Source: Phoronis australis
Lineage: Eukaryota > Animalia > Phoronida
Direction: 5' to 3'
Assembly: GCA_002633005.1 (NCBI GenBank)
Contig: NMRA01000064.1
Coordinates: 439,977 to 503,976 of the forward strand
Length of the DNA: 64,000 nucleotides
Shown: in pieces, positions 62,914 through 64,000 of the stretch
Layout: each line of letters starts with the position of its first letter
Numbering within the stretch: the first letter of the stretch is position 1
Translations under genes and position numbers: made by a program
The notes under the pieces: model-generated
Seen by the model: only the letters and a program-made list of their open reading frames with translations
The model's database searches: none
What the model was told of the DNA's origin: nothing

Positions 62914-64000
62914 GTAAGTTGTTAGATCATATTAGTTTGTGCACTAATGAGGGGAAGACGAACACTATTTGACTAGACTTTATTGTAATGGCTTAAGTAA
63001 AGCCCAATATGGCTGCCAAGAGGCGATGACTTCACCTCGTGGACATCAATGAAACTGAATAACTTCAGTAACGATCAAGTGAGTTTTGGCGGTGCATGCG
63101 GGAAGTAGGGCAAGTCTTCACCAATTAACCACACAATGAGGCGGACAAGTGAAGTTTCTCTACTACAAAGATATTAACAAAAGTTTTAGTCAGTTTACTT
63201 GTTTGTACTGTGTTAACGGCTTAGTCAAATTTCCATTATTTCCAGCCTTTAAAAGTTGAAAAATGACAATTTTGACAATTTGCACGAAATAACTAACAAA
63301 TTTCATGCTCGAAACAGTATTGTTGAAGAAATGTCTCAACGAGGACAGAGTATTTCGTTCTTTCTTTCTGGTTTAACTTGTGATGGTTCTTCTTTGAAAG
63401 TGCGTAATCAAATATTTGACATTCACCCAACAGTCAGCAAGGTATGATGGTACTAAGATTCACCAGATTTAATGTATAGTCAAAGCACTGAAATAGTTAT
63501 TCTGTGTTAAAACAAATACTGTATGGTGTAAAATTAAAATTTAAATGAAAGCGCTCTGAGGAGCGAAACTTGGCGAAATTAACAAAAAAAACACGTTCGA
63601 GAGGACAAGAAAAGATGACGAAGATGACGAATATGATGATGGTGGTGGCCTTGATGAAGAACATCATAACATTCATATGACGAATTTAGATGTCATAAAT
63701 CATTAAGAAATAGGCTGCAGTCTAGTTCAATAGAAGCTAAACCAACCTGAATGCAGCAAGAGCGCTCAACAAAGGAGCAGCGTTATCACAAAGTCTCAAA
63801 TAACTCAAAAAGTAGACGTCGTAGAGAAAAATGGAAAGCATCTTCTGAAAGCCCGTTCAAAGCTCTATCTAAACTGATGGTATCGCCTAATTCCGTAAAT
63901 TTTTTGAAAAAAATGAAATTTTGCGTTTTTTTTAAGAATTTCAAAGTCAAATAACTCGAAAACGGTAAGTCTGAGAAAAAAATTGTTACTGGTCATTTGA

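Overview
AT-rich, intron-containing animal genomic DNA, probably from a marine invertebrate (lophotrochozoan-like, inferred only). It is a draft assembly with N gaps at 3697-4614, 9926-10316 and 12441-12763. Four genes could be reconstructed by hand from GT-AG sites and reading phase. (1) A 7-exon UPF0193/EVG1 (C22orf23-like) gene on the minus strand, 9774->1196, about 238 aa; exons 4-5 appear twice around a gap, probably as a haplotype artefact. (2) An intronless RSAD1/HemW radical-SAM heme chaperone, 14770-16095 (+). It is preceded 76 nt upstream by an unannotated 65-aa single-TM microprotein ORF, a candidate bicistronic unit. (3) A complete PDZ-ZM-AM-3xLIM Zasp/ALP/Enigma-family gene on the minus strand, 47071->18845, about 650-680 aa, with phase-enforced mutually exclusive exons. 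(4) The first three exons of a second, Zasp52-like PDZ-LIM paralog on the plus strand from 52894, head-to-head with gene 3 and with identical exon 1/2 sizes. Introns and intergenic DNA contain MITEs, a HINE/DINE-1-like element carrying a periodic array of CTCF-like motifs and a foldback palindrome, Penelope and L2-like retroelement remnants, and minisatellites. All family assignments come from motif recognition, not database searches.
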